The notes under the pieces are model-generated. The model saw only the letters and a list, made by a program, of their open reading frames with translations, searched no databases and had not been told where the DNA came from. 64,000 nucleotides of DNA, from positions 38,254,001-38,318,000 of the forward strand of contig CM022670.1 in NCBI GenBank assembly GCA_012295275.1, given 5' to 3'. The stretch comes from Chrysomallon squamiferum. Taxonomy: Eukaryota; Animalia; Mollusca. Every line of letters starts with the position of its first letter. Position 1 is the first letter of the stretch. The position numbers were made by a program, and so were the translations under genes. Positions 42,101-53,775 of the stretch are shown here, piece after piece.

Positions 42101-45100
42101 TATTCTCGTATTTTTCTTCATCTTAAAAAAGTTTTGCAAATCTGGCAAGTCATTTATAAAATAAGAATGTACAAGTGATGATCTATCTGAATGATGAATG
42201 AGGTCATTGCCATCTTGAAACATTATCTCTGCCAGTGAAAAACAAATCGTCAATTTAATATATATGGTGTAAGATCAAAAACGTTTTGATGACAAAGTAA
42301 AGATATGGTTAGATCCATACTAAACAGCAATGCATATGAAAAAAACAAATCTGTAAAGAAGTGAATTAAGACTATTTCTGGTGAATTTATCTTTTTGGGG
42401 GCAAACTTGAAGCATCCCAAACATTTAAGATTTATTTTAATTACTGACCATTAAGGGTTTGACATTTGTTGTAAATTAAATAAGGTCAAATTGTCTGCAA
42501 TATATTTACATTAGTGCCAGGATCAAAGACATTATCAGTACATCTAAATTGGAATATTTACATTAATGTTCTTCTATAATTTAAAAAGAAAAAAAAGAAA
42601 AAAATTAATTTGCTAATGTGTGGGAGAGTGGTCAATAATATATTATTAACTGGTAACTGTTTTGTTTTTTTAGGAAGTGACTGTATTATCAATTTATTTC
42701 TGACAAAAATTTATCGGTTTCATAGTTAATCAATTCAAAAAAAAAATTAAAAATAAAATTGTGATAAGCAAAGAGAATATATGGTTTATCACATTTTAAA
42801 TAATGAATTTAACATAATTAAATATTGGTAATGTTTTGAAAATACTATCGGTATTTTATTACCAGTGGTTCATTCAAATAAATAATTGATAAAATCAGAA
42901 AAATATACCATTATGTTAAGGTTTGGTTTACAAATTAAATATTGACAAAATCTTAAAAATGCCGTGACATTCTGGAATGGAATAAAAATTACGTATTAGT
43001 AATGTTTAAAAATATTATTACAAAGTTATGCTGAGTTTATAAAAATTTAATTTGGTAAAATCTGGAAAAGAGCACTGTATCATCAGTTTATGAAAGTATA
43101 TTTATTATGTTAAGAAGAGAATAAAACGCAAGCAATCTTTTCTGTAATTTGAAATTTAATTAATAATGTTTTCGTTCTGATGCTACAGTTAATCTTTGTT
43201 CCTGGCATTTTGTTGTGGCAGATGAGCCAGAACTTTAATTAGACATAAATGAAACCATTAATCAGATCACCGCAGGTGAGCTTTGAAATACAAATATAAG
43301 ATAGCTGAAGGCAAATCACCTGGTCTGTACTCTTTTTTTTTGGTGGTGGGGGGGGGGTTGTTGCTGTTTGCTTGTTTCTGTCAAAACGTGGGCTGTAGTT
43401 CAGTATAGTTTGTTCACTGGTTCTGGGTATGAAGATTACAAGGTCATTCCTCCACTGTGCCCTTTACTGTTTCAACCAGATTTCTTTTTTTTTTCTTCAA
43501 ATGCTGTATTAAATACTTTGCTGTCTATGGGAAGGCGCAATCATATTAAAGATTTATTGCTGCTAAAGATTACCATGACTGTTCAGCAGCATTTGAATAA
43601 TTGCAAAGTAATCTTTGTTAACTCGACTCTTTGCTTATGCTACTAAAATTAGGTGAATGTATTTTGTGCAGTTAATGAGTAAAATCATCACAACAAATAT
43701 TCAAACTATTAGTAGCTGATATAAATATTGTAATAAAATCTTCACAGCAAAATAGAAAATATCAGTTTTCATTCATTCTTGCTATTATTCAGTATTGGTG
43801 TTGTGAAAAAAAAGAAAATCGAAATAATGAAAAGGACAACAGCAAACAGTTACATGGAGTCATTCAGAATTCACAGTCAGTCAGTTGAAACACAATTAAA
43901 CATTCTTTTCTCTCTCTTAAATTTTTTTCTAATATTTTTTTCTCTCCATTTCAGACTTAAACCACATGTACTTTTAGTTCTTTGATAGCTCTTATCTTTT
44001 CCTTTCTTTAGTTTTTTTCAAATAAGGAAATAGGTCTTCTCGTTTGAATTGAAGATAAAAAGAAAACTTCACAAAGTTGTAATTAAATTGAGACAGCCAC
44101 GAGATTAACAGTCAGTTTTAGTCTCCTCTACTTTAAATGTAATTATCAGATAATGGCATTTTTTTTTTTTTAAAAGAAAAAGGAAAATAAATTTAAAAAA
44201 ATAATTTCCAGATTCTATCATTAATGTATGTTATATATATAAATTTTAAAAATATTAATTCATTTTAAATAATTTAAAAAGTTTAAAAGTTTAACTGTAT
44301 TTAAATAAATATATAAATAAATAAATAAATAATTTATTTATTAAAATTTTTTAAACTTATATATAATATATATATATATATATAAAAATATATATATATA
44401 TATATAAGATAAATATAAAAACTAAAGAATCGTTAAATTTTAGCATTTTGAAATTTCAGTTTATTTTCATACAAACCACAAACAAATCAAAAAAATAAAT
44501 AAATAATTAAAAAAAATAAAAAATAAAAAAGAGTCAATTTAAATGCCTTGGAGAAAAACTGTTTTAAGTATGTCTGAAAAATTTAATCATTTCAACATTT
44601 GCTTTGGATCAGACTCAGAGATTTTGTATTCAACTTGTGATATCTTGACTGATACAAGATTGATTAATGAAAACAGAAATGGGTGTCAAGAATACACTAT
44701 AACTGCAGAGTGTATAAATGAATATTACACATAAAATGTTTAAACCATTTTATAAATGGTGAATTAATTCAAAGATTATGAAATAAAAAAAACTTTACAG
44801 TATGCTAACTTAATAAATCATTATACTTGTATTAAGTTTATCCTAAGATCTAAGAGTAGATAACTGTATAATGATATTATAGGAATTAAATATTTGTTTT
44901 TAGGCTTCACAATTATTATTTTGTGTGTGTGTGTGTGTGTTCTGTGTGTATCTCTCTCTATGTATGGGTATGTGTGGTGAGTTTGTAAAAAAATTTTTCT
45001 ATAATTTAGAATAATACAGGTTTATTGATATTTCCCTTGTGTCACAATGAAAAAAAAATAGAACAAGAAAAAGAAGAAAAATGTCCATAATCTGAATCTA

Positions 45101-45784
45101 ATTCTACAAAACAATATAACTTTTAATACAGGTAATCTTGTATTCTTCCAGTGAATTGAGGAGTATATAAATTTCATCTACTTTGGTTTGCAAAATAAAG
45201 GAGATTATGTCAAACATGATTATTTAAAAAAATCTAAAAACAACACAGACTGTAATATGCTTCACAGCTATATATTGAGAATAATGTACAAATGACAATT
45301 ATCTTTTTTATTTTATAATTTTTTAAAATACATCTTATTCAGATTACTCAATAAATGTATTCTTTTTGTATCTATTAATTATTAACTTATCTTTTTTTCA
45401 TTTTTTACTCTGTTTCATGTTTTTTTTAATCCATCAAATTTTGATTACTTCTTAAATGTATAATTATTTTCTGTCAGTTTTTTCTCCTTTTTTTTTCTTT
45501 TTGTTTAATTATTTTTATTATTATTTCAACTTGTCTTAATCTCAGAAAATGTTTCTCTCAGTTTCATCTGATCTGTATCAGTAATAATGAATCTGGGTTG
45601 ATTAAATGGCTTATTTAACAGACTCTTCTTTATCATAGTGTGTGTATTTTTACAGTTATATTAAATACTTAACATATAAATTTATTTTTATTTTATTGAA
45701 GTGGACTCCATCTCTGTGATAGGATTCAGGATCAATCCTTATTTATTTATACCACTTCATGTTACAGCCAGCAAGTTGTAATTA

Positions 45785-45860
45785 GCTTATTGTGGGAAGC
45801 TCCATTTAAAAGATCCTTTCTTGCTATTTTCCATTCCATCCAGCACCTCACAGCTAATGA
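45785..45860 (-). mobile_element. Decayed fragment of the SINE-like family
   Basis: tgtgggaagctccatttaaaagatcctttcttgcta is the reverse complement of the core. Confidence 0.5.
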
Positions 45861-46320
45861 TACAAACACTATGACAAATGTTCTCCTGTCTATGGGTAGG
45901 CGTATCTGAAAATATAGTATTATTAAACAGTCCATGCGCCAATATGACTGACACCTGATAACTGTTGTTTTCAGATGCTGCTAAAACAAATATTTCGTTC
46001 ATTTTTTTTTTTTTTTTTTTTCTATGAATTACTTAAGAGTGTTTTAAAAGAAGCAAAATTAAGTGAGGTCGACATCGTGGCTGTAAAACAAAATAAAGTA
46101 AATAAAATAAAATAAAAATAACTGACATTATTACATATCACAGACGAAACCACTGGTGAATTTACTGCACAATTTATTTATTTCTGTCTTAATAACTTCT
46201 ACATCAGTCCAGTCCAATAATACATTTACCAATAATCTTCAGTGTGAGGAATTTGTTTGCCGAGATGTTTCCGGTGCCCAGAGTGAAACAAGAACAGACT
46301 CTGGTCCACAGGTCACTTAC

Positions 46321-46526
46321 TTAATCGTATAAGAGATCGAGGAAGTTATCTGAAGTAATTTCCACCGGTTTTTTTTTGGTGAGTGTCCAATGCAGCAGAG
46401 TATGTGTGTATGTGTGTGGATGTGTAATTATTCAGAGCTGATCGCCGTACTAAAATACGTAACAAAAGAAGCGACTGCATGCAGTGGTGGGGCAGTAAAT
46501 CATGTCAAACAAAAGTTATTGATAGG
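46321..46526 (-). other. Candidate non-coding exon in a CpG-containing island
   Basis: Acceptor ttctctctcag| and donor TAA|GTAAGT on the minus strand; no credible ORF. Confidence 0.3.
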
Positions 46527-47174
46527 CTGAGAGAGAATTGCGTCTTATCAACCAGAGTCTCTCACAGTAATAGGTATCGCTACAAATAGAGATGAATGAT
46601 GACCTAGCGAACGGACGTTTTATCAACAGGGTTTTGTTAATTCGTCTTTAGTATTCTTTTTTGAAAAGTCTATTCGTAAAACTAATATTTTACAGTTGTC
46701 TTGTTTTCTGTAGTTACAAAGTGTAATGGAGACGGTTGTAGGAAAATGAATGAGTTTTAAACAGTCAGTGGCAATCGTTTATATATATATAATAAATAAA
46801 ATAAAATAACTAAAATAATGTTTTCATGGTGCAAAAAACTAAAATAATGTTTATATATATATATATATAAAATATATAAATATATATATATATATATATA
46901 AAATAAATAAAATAAAAATAAAAAAATTAAAAAAACATTAAAAATTGAAATTAAAATAAATAAATCATTTAAAAAAAGAAAAATATTTAAAAGGATCTCT
47001 AACTCTTAAATGTTTTGTTTTTAATTACTAAGTTCAGATTAATATTTTAGGACAATTTCACTCAGTTTTCTTATCATGCAGGAAACTATCCACAGATAAA
47101 GTGGTCTTAATCAAACTGGTCCAGGAAGAAACTTGCTGTATGTAGACCACTGACCATCCTGTCTTCAAGATTTC

Positions 47175-47215
47175 AAATAGGTCAAAAGTCAGAGGTTATG
47201 GATCTGACCTATTTT
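47175..47215. promoter_or_regulatory. Nuclear-receptor half-site cluster (two inverted RORE-like sites plus tandem DR1s)
   Basis: AAATAGGTCA (47175-84), AGGTCA-a-AAGTCA-g-AGGTTA (47179-98), TGACCTATTTT (47205-15). Confidence 0.45.
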
Positions 47216-47929
47216 ATATCGACCCCTTTCTGAATATTTTTTTTTAAGTGGTGGACGAGATAACTTCAACCATTTCACTTATTGATGAAGATAAAGTAAA
47301 CGGGTTCATTGGTGTAAAGCCTTTCCTGTCATCCTTTATGTTCAGAAAAGTTAATAGTCTAAATTGAAGTGTACTTGGAGTAAGTATGATCAAAAAGCTT
47401 TAATTCATTTTATGTATTTCTGCAAGACTGTTTTGATTGCTGACTGGACATTAGTATATAATAATAATAAATAATAATAATAATAATAATAATAGCAACT
47501 ATTTATTCAATGTCCTGATTACTGATACTGATCAAACAGCCATTTAATTGTTCTAAAAGTATTTGAAAATATTCAAACAGATTTCAAAACAATTTGTATT
47601 GAGAGTTGATCAAATAAATAAATTAATTAAAATTAAAAAAAATTAAAATTAAAAAAAGAAAAGAAAATGAAAGATAGAAAGAAAACAGAGAATGAACAGA
47701 ATTAATACGCATTCATAAGAGAGACATTTAAAACATTCATACAAACACAATCATTACAACATTCACACAATTTAAAAAAAAATTCAAATGAGATCCTTAA
47801 ATTAAAAAAAAATAAAATAAAAAGAAATAAAAAAAAAACATTCATCATAGTCTGTATTCAGGCAAAGAATTATTTCCATTATCACAAATTACCAACATTA
47901 AAAATAACTCATTATCTTCATAACATTAC

Positions 47930-48400
47930 TATTTCGCAAAACGCCAAACAGACAAGATGCTTTGAAGAAGGCCAGCAGAAAAAGGCCAATCATACTAATG
48001 TCCACGTTTTGGAGACCACTTGATCCATTAATCTACTAATCTCCTGTCCACTATGCTCCCGTGGCCCGCAGACACACTGCTGTCGCCATTGCGAAAATCG
48101 ACGAGATTTTACACGAACTTAACAGACTGGGTCGAGAAATTTTAATTAGATTGGAAGTCAGAAGAAGCCCGCAGTAAGATGGTCAATCAAACCGCAGGAA
48201 CTTTTTTAATCTCAGAAGAATCGAACTCGGGACGAAAACAGGAGAATATTGCCGCCGCTTGTTAGCAGAAAATAAACAGACCATTCAGCTAGGCACACGC
48301 ATACTTCAGACAGCGAAGTGTTTTGGGGAATCTCTTAAGATGACTCGATAAGGCTTCTGACAGTCCATAATTGTATTTAGATAAAAGTCATTTTCAGCGC
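47930..48400. promoter_or_regulatory. CpG-rich promoter/enhancer-like island
   Basis: Locally GC- and CpG-rich unique sequence with CCAAT boxes in both orientations (about 47986 and 48150); no ORF. Confidence 0.45.
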
Positions 48401-48563
48401 AATTAGAATTTTCTTTAATTCAAAATAAATAAATAAATGCTGCTATTACAGCTACTGTTATTATTATTGCTGCCACTACTACCACCACTACTACTAATAA
48501 TAATGATTGCTGACTGCTACTACTGCAGTACATTTTTAAAATTATATATAGTTTTGACGCAAC

Positions 48564-48685
48564 TATTTCTTAAACACAAAAGGGCAATAACAGCAAGAAA
48601 CTTTGAAAAAATAAAAATAAAAAAAATTAAAATTAAAGAAATGCAAGAATAATGTAATAAAAATCATGTTAAATCGAGGACACTT
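48564..48685 (+). repeat. Left arm of an approximately 120-bp inverted repeat pair
   Basis: tatttcttaaacacaaaagggcaataacagcaagaaactttgaaaaa...atgcaagaataatgtaataaaaatcatgttaaatcgaggacactt aligns by eye with the reverse complement of 50170-50295. Confidence 0.85.
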
Positions 48686-49357
48686 ATTTTTGGAGCGAAT
48701 ATATTTTGTTTTTCTTAATCATCGTGACAGAGACATGGCTTAACGCTCTCACACATTAAGATATAATTTTAATCAGCTGACATCAGTATACCTTCTGCCA
48801 CAGTTTAGCTAAAAGTTCTCAACCCAGTGAACATTCTGTGGCATAGGCCTACTCAGTTTTCAAATTTAGATGTAATTAAATTTTAGTCATCCGTTAACCA
48901 TATTTTAAACTTCATCGAAAAAGTATTTTCCCGCAGACGTTTTCATGTTGTTGTTTTTTTATTTCGTGTTCTGGCGGGAAAACTGTTTAAAAAGAGTATA
49001 ACATTTAATGAACAGCAGATTACTTTTGACACACAAATTCATATATGGCTGTATGAAGCAACTGAGCCAAATGCCTTATATCGAAATTGTCGATTTATTT
49101 TATTTTTTTTTTTTTTCTGATTTTTTTTTTAATACAAAGATTTTATTTTAAAAATAGAAAATATAAATCTCTATTCCGAGAGAAACGATATCGACTGAAT
49201 GAATTCATCTATGTCTATAGTCACCGTTTGAAGTCTATCGAAATAGTTGCGATGAAAGATAAAACTTACTTCAGACATCACTTTTTGCCTCATTTCAAAA
49301 ACAGTTTAGTTACGGCCATGATATATATAGAGAGAGTATAGTCCTTTTTTTAAGATG

Positions 49358-49406
<49 letters not shown>

Positions 49407-49581
49407 ACTTTTCTTTACACAACTAGTGATGTAACAGTAAATTCGTTCTTTTCATGCGTTTCTCGTTTTTATTTGATGGTTCTGTTAATGCAAGGGAAGC
49501 AACTCCTGTAGACTATCTAAACGAAGTATTTAACTTATTATCGCTATTTGAACACTTCGATTTAGAGTCTACAGAAAGAAA

Positions 49582-49624
<43 letters not shown>

Positions 49625-50169
49625 TGATACTTTACACTTTGAATCATGAGAATTTCCATATAATAAACTATTAAGTTTTTAAATATATATTGTTTTAACT
49701 TTATATTTTCGTATATAATTATTAGATAACAACAATACATAAACAAACAAAAATGACAAGGCGCCAGTCTATTGATTCAGTGTTTGGAAAAGTTCCACAA
49801 TATTATTTGCAGACACGGTTAGAAGCAGCAACATTAGATAATATGATTTTAATTAATTAATTATATATCTAAATATTATTACCACTTTGAATGTTTTATA
49901 AAATATCTTTGTCGTGTCTTTTCTGGGAGAAAAACATAAAACTGTTCATCGTGACGTCTTCAGAAGAAGAAATGAAAAGTGCTGATTCAACGTCTGCCCT
50001 CGCCTTTATTTCCAATCACAGTTTTAGCGTACTTCACCTAAAACTTATTACCACCACTGACAGAACAAAACCTAGACGAAGCCTGGTTCACATACAAGAC
50101 AAAGATAAAATGCTTATTTTATAACAGAATATAAGAGATGTTAAGGCTATATTCTTCAAACTATATATA

Positions 50170-50295
50170 AAGTGTCCGTGATTTAACCAGATTTTTGATA
50201 CATTATTCTTGCATGTTTTTTTTTTTTTTTTTGTTGTTTTTTTTGTGGTTTTTCAATGTTTCTTGCTGTTGTTGTTGCCCTTTTGTTAAGAAATA
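50170..50295 (-). repeat. Right arm of the approximately 120-bp inverted repeat pair
   Basis: Reverse complement reads tatttcttaacaaaagggcaacaacaacagcaagaaacattgaaaaa...atgcaagaataatgtatcaaaaatctggttaaatcacggacactt. Confidence 0.85.
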
Positions 50296-50545
50296 TATAT
50301 GTGTTAACTGTATATATGTTAACACACACACACACACACACTAACACACACTTTACAGTTTTGATACAATTAACAAGTTCTTGTGTATTTGTTGTGGTTG
50401 TCGCGCAATCACACACACACACACACATAAATAAATAAATAAATAACCGCAACTGTGATTCAGTTTACATAATAAACAAATAATACCATATCCGTAACGA
50501 AACCTTTTAAAAAAAAAAAAAAAAAAAAAAACAATTATGTAAGTA

Positions 50546-50555
50546 TTTATTTATT
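50546..50555 (-). promoter_or_regulatory. Candidate poly(A) signal of the zinc-finger gene
   Basis: Two overlapping AATAAA on the minus strand about 90 nt after the stop, followed by a long T-tract (plus-strand A-run around 50509-50531). Confidence 0.5.
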
Positions 50556-50640
50556 TTTTGATCCCACTGACCAAATATTTCACTCATTCAAAATTAGGGC
50601 TGTTCGAGTATAACATCACACAATTATAAAAAATAATTTG

Positions 50641-53600
50641 TTACTTCAACAATTTGAGCATCCTCTGACTCTCTGTATTTAGCCATTCTAGCATACTCAA
50701 AGGTCGGAACTCTACCTCGGGCAACTCTTTGATGATTGGCGTTTCATTAACAGAAACCTCTTGTTTCTCAGGCGCTGAGCTGCACTGGACGTTTTTGTCT
50801 GATGCATCGGCAACGACTAAAGTTGGAACAGAGTTGTCCAGCCGCACGACTGACGTTGGGTCCTGTTTTAAAATATTTTTGTTGAACGGTCCTTTATAAC
50901 TGAAATCCCAAGGCTCGGTCTGTTCTTTGCCGCAGATGATTTCAGTGAATTTCTCTTTCTGTGACGTTTCTGTTTGAGAACAGTGAGCTTCGGCGCGTTC
51001 ACCAAGTCTTGGCTGAGCTTCTCTTAGTGGACTTTGCTGTCTGGGAACATCAGACACTCCAAACGAATCCAGCGTCGGTGTTTTCAGGGGAACACTCTGC
51101 ATTTGCTTTTGAAGCTCAGTTTTTCTCCGCTTCTTATTTGTTCTGCCATGAAGTTCATTTCTCAAATAAGGGTATTTTTTGTTGACACTTTCTAAACTGG
51201 AGAGTGTGTTACCAAGGGCAAGCTTCACAGAAGACCTTGTTTTTTTGTGTTTGTTCCCGTCTAGTTGCGGATCTTTATTTCGAAGAACGCTCTCGTGTTC
51301 GCTGATGGTGTCTGGTCTGTAGGAAACAGGGCTAATAGGCCTCTCTTTTGTCTCTTTATACACACACTTACAGATATTATTTTTGTGCTTTGCTAACGTT
51401 AACAGGCACTCTGCCTGATATTTACATCTAAGACAAGAACACGTCATGCATTTGCTTCCAAAATGACACTGGCTGCACTCCTGGTCCTTACACTGTATAA
51501 CGGATGATTTGTTACATCTGTGCTTTTTCAGCTGCATCAGTTTGATCGAGCTCAGACAGCTGAGACACAACCAAATCACATTCTTGGAACATGGGTCGAG
51601 TTTTAGAATCATCTGCATGCTACTGGAATGCAGCAAGTTATGCGCCGTTATTTCTGCTAAGTTATCGGAGTCGAAACTGCAGTGTGCACACAGGAACATT
51701 CTCTTAAAAGCGACGTTGCCGTTGCCGAGGATGTGGCGTAACGTTAACATCAGACTGGCTTGCACCACGTTTCTGGCGTTGGGACTTTCCAGCAGGGACC
51801 CTCGACACCGCTTGACGTGAGAGAGATAAACGGCCTCGTCGTCTGACATGTAACGACACGTCTCCGGGCAGTAGAACACGACTGTGTTGTTTCTGTACAT
51901 GGCCAGCAGTGACGGGAAATGCTGGTCCTTTATGTGATTCTTCACCGCCTCACTGGATGTGTTCGAATAATTGCACGTCCTGCAGGTGTACGTCTGTTCG
52001 TGCAACTCGCCAAAACTGTCATAGTCTTCAGCGAGCAGTTTGGGATTTGCGACATTAGTCGTTGCAGCCGTATTGTTGTCCTCATCCGAACTTTTCAGTA
52101 GACCAGCATCTGAAGAATGCATGGTGCACCTATGCAGTCGACTCTTTTCTAAGCTGTCTGATTGAAATTCACACTGTCCACAATCCCAGATAATATTTGA
52201 GCTCATTCCCTGGGGAGAAACAGAACGTGCCTGAGATCCTGTTGAAAGATCCCGGGCATCATCGTGCTTCATTTCCATGGGTATCTCCTGCTTAGACATT
52301 AGTTCATTTCCCGAGTGTACTCGAGATACTGAGGAATAGTGTTCCGTGGTACTGCAGAACTCTTTGTCATAGGTGCAGCTTTCTTTCTTTATATCAATTT
52401 TTTCAGCAGAACCCGATGAAGCAAACGACTCACCAACTGCACGATATTCCGACCCGAACTGCGATATTCCTGGATCTACAGTGTCAACCGGCTCAGTCTT
52501 AACAATGACGTCGTGACTGTAATTTGATGTGTTGGGTGCCTGAATTTTGTCCCCCGTTGTGTTATCTTCATCAGAAAACTTCGTTTTCTCGTCGCTTTTA
52601 GACTTTGTTTCTAAAGAACATTCGTACTCTTGTCGTCTGAACAACTTACTTTGAGAAAAATATTCCTTTGCTTGTTCATTATGATCGTCATCATAGATGT
52701 ACTTAATGGTACTGCAATCTGAAATGGTACTCTCTGGCGACCCGTGAATCTGAGCGCTCATTTCAGCGTAAGGGTACTTGATGGAACTGACATCGGCTGT
52801 AAATGTCGGATAAGAAACTGAATGGCATCTTTTTCTTGTTCGAATACCGTACGTGCTCCTGTCTGGTACTGTGCATTTATTTTTTATCTCTTTTCTTTCT
52901 GTTGCGTTTGCATTTTCAGTTTCTGGTGCCAATAAATTATTAATCAGTGGAAACGTCTTCTGGGATTCAGACATTTTAAAACTGTGATCCTGGCTTGTCC
53001 TGAATGTCGACGCAGTTTCTTTCCTATACTGAATATAATCTTTCACTGAACGGTCAGAAGATTTAGAGACCGGTGTCTGGACAACTCTTTCATTAGAATA
53101 TGTTTTGTCATCGCTATTCTTTGCTCGGAAAAATAATTCATTTCCTCGGCTCCTCTCTGCATCCATTTCTTTACACTGAGACTGATAACAGTCCGAATCT
53201 TCGCTTCTTTTTGTCTCTGTTGACAAGTAACTGTCGGAACCGCCACCACTTCCAAGGCCATCTCCGTTGTATCTTACGGACTGTTCATTTTCCAGTTGCT
53301 GAAAACAGGGTTTATGCCACGCAGTCCTTTCGGATCTTTCGTCGCTGGACTGTACTAGCATACAGTAATTGAGATCGCCTATCTCCTGAAGAGCGTGCTG
53401 GTGGTTGAGAAGGACGTGCTGAACCACTCTCACCCGGGAGTAGGATCGGTACGAACAGTCACGACAACCGAAACGGTGGAAGGCGACGTGCTCGGTAATG
53501 CTCGACTTGCTGTCAGTCGTGTACGGGCAGAAGTTGCACCAGAAATAAGGACTGGACACCTTTGTTGCTTCGGAGTCCTTGCTGAGAGCCACCGCGGCTG

Positions 53601-53775
53601 GTGACTTCACCGACAGGGCGCACACGTCATACGAGACCAAATGTGAGGAAGGGTTAAGTACGCCGGTTTCCGTGAAGATTTCTCTGTGTTGTATATTTAC
53701 CATCGTCTCGGAGGCTCGGAGCACAGGAATCTGTGGAAGACTTGACGTGGCACTCATATTTGCCATTGTGTCCAT
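50641..53775 (-). CDS. Uncharacterised 1044-aa multi-zinc-finger (C2H2/C2HC) nuclear protein, single coding exon
   Basis: 3135-bp ORF with a sharp GC/CpG rise against the flanks. Finger-like motifs: CNFC..HVAFH, CRDC..HVLLNH, CGQC..HRCTMH, CRTC..HIKDQH, CPETC..HVKRC, CAHC..HNLLH, CLSC..HRC, CLRC..HKNNIC. Basic KKRRK NLS-like motif. Splice acceptor ttctttcatccacag| puts the exon start at 53792, 17 nt before the ATG. No orthologue recognised. Confidence 0.93.
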   Translation of the reverse strand: MDTMANMSATSSLPQIPVLRASETMVNIQHREIFTETGVLNPSSHLVSYDVCALSVKSPAAVALSKDSEATKVSSPYFWCNFCPYTTDSKSSITEHVAFHRFGCRDCSYRSYSRVRVVQHVLLNHQHALQEIGDLNYCMLVQSSDERSERTAWHKPCFQQLENEQSVRYNGDGLGSGGGSDSYLSTETKRSEDSDCYQSQCKEMDAERSRGNELFFRAKNSDDKTYSNERVVQTPVSKSSDRSVKDYIQYRKETASTFRTSQDHSFKMSESQKTFPLINNLLAPETENANATERKEIKNKCTVPDRSTYGIRTRKRCHSVSYPTFTADVSSIKYPYAEMSAQIHGSPESTISDCSTIKYIYDDDHNEQAKEYFSQSKLFRRQEYECSLETKSKSDEKTKFSDEDNTTGDKIQAPNTSNYSHDVIVKTEPVDTVDPGISQFGSEYRAVGESFASSGSAEKIDIKKESCTYDKEFCSTTEHYSSVSRVHSGNELMSKQEIPMEMKHDDARDLSTGSQARSVSPQGMSSNIIWDCGQCEFQSDSLEKSRLHRCTMHSSDAGLLKSSDEDNNTAATTNVANPKLLAEDYDSFGELHEQTYTCRTCNYSNTSSEAVKNHIKDQHFPSLLAMYRNNTVVFYCPETCRYMSDDEAVYLSHVKRCRGSLLESPNARNVVQASLMLTLRHILGNGNVAFKRMFLCAHCSFDSDNLAEITAHNLLHSSSMQMILKLDPCSKNVIWLCLSCLSSIKLMQLKKHRCNKSSVIQCKDQECSQCHFGSKCMTCSCLRCKYQAECLLTLAKHKNNICKCVYKETKERPISPVSYRPDTISEHESVLRNKDPQLDGNKHKKTRSSVKLALGNTLSSLESVNKKYPYLRNELHGRTNKKRRKTELQKQMQSVPLKTPTLDSFGVSDVPRQQSPLREAQPRLGERAEAHCSQTETSQKEKFTEIICGKEQTEPWDFSYKGPFNKNILKQDPTSVVRLDNSVPTLVVADASDKNVQCSSAPEKQEVSVNETPIIKELPEVEFRPLSMLEWLNTESQRMLKLLK

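Noticed and set aside
198-50452. The many 60-130 aa ORFs in the ORF track
   Set aside because: They derive from microsatellites, homopolymers or AT-rich sequence (poly-F/K/I, CV/HT/RE repeats), often with non-ATG starts; no domains or consistent exon chains.
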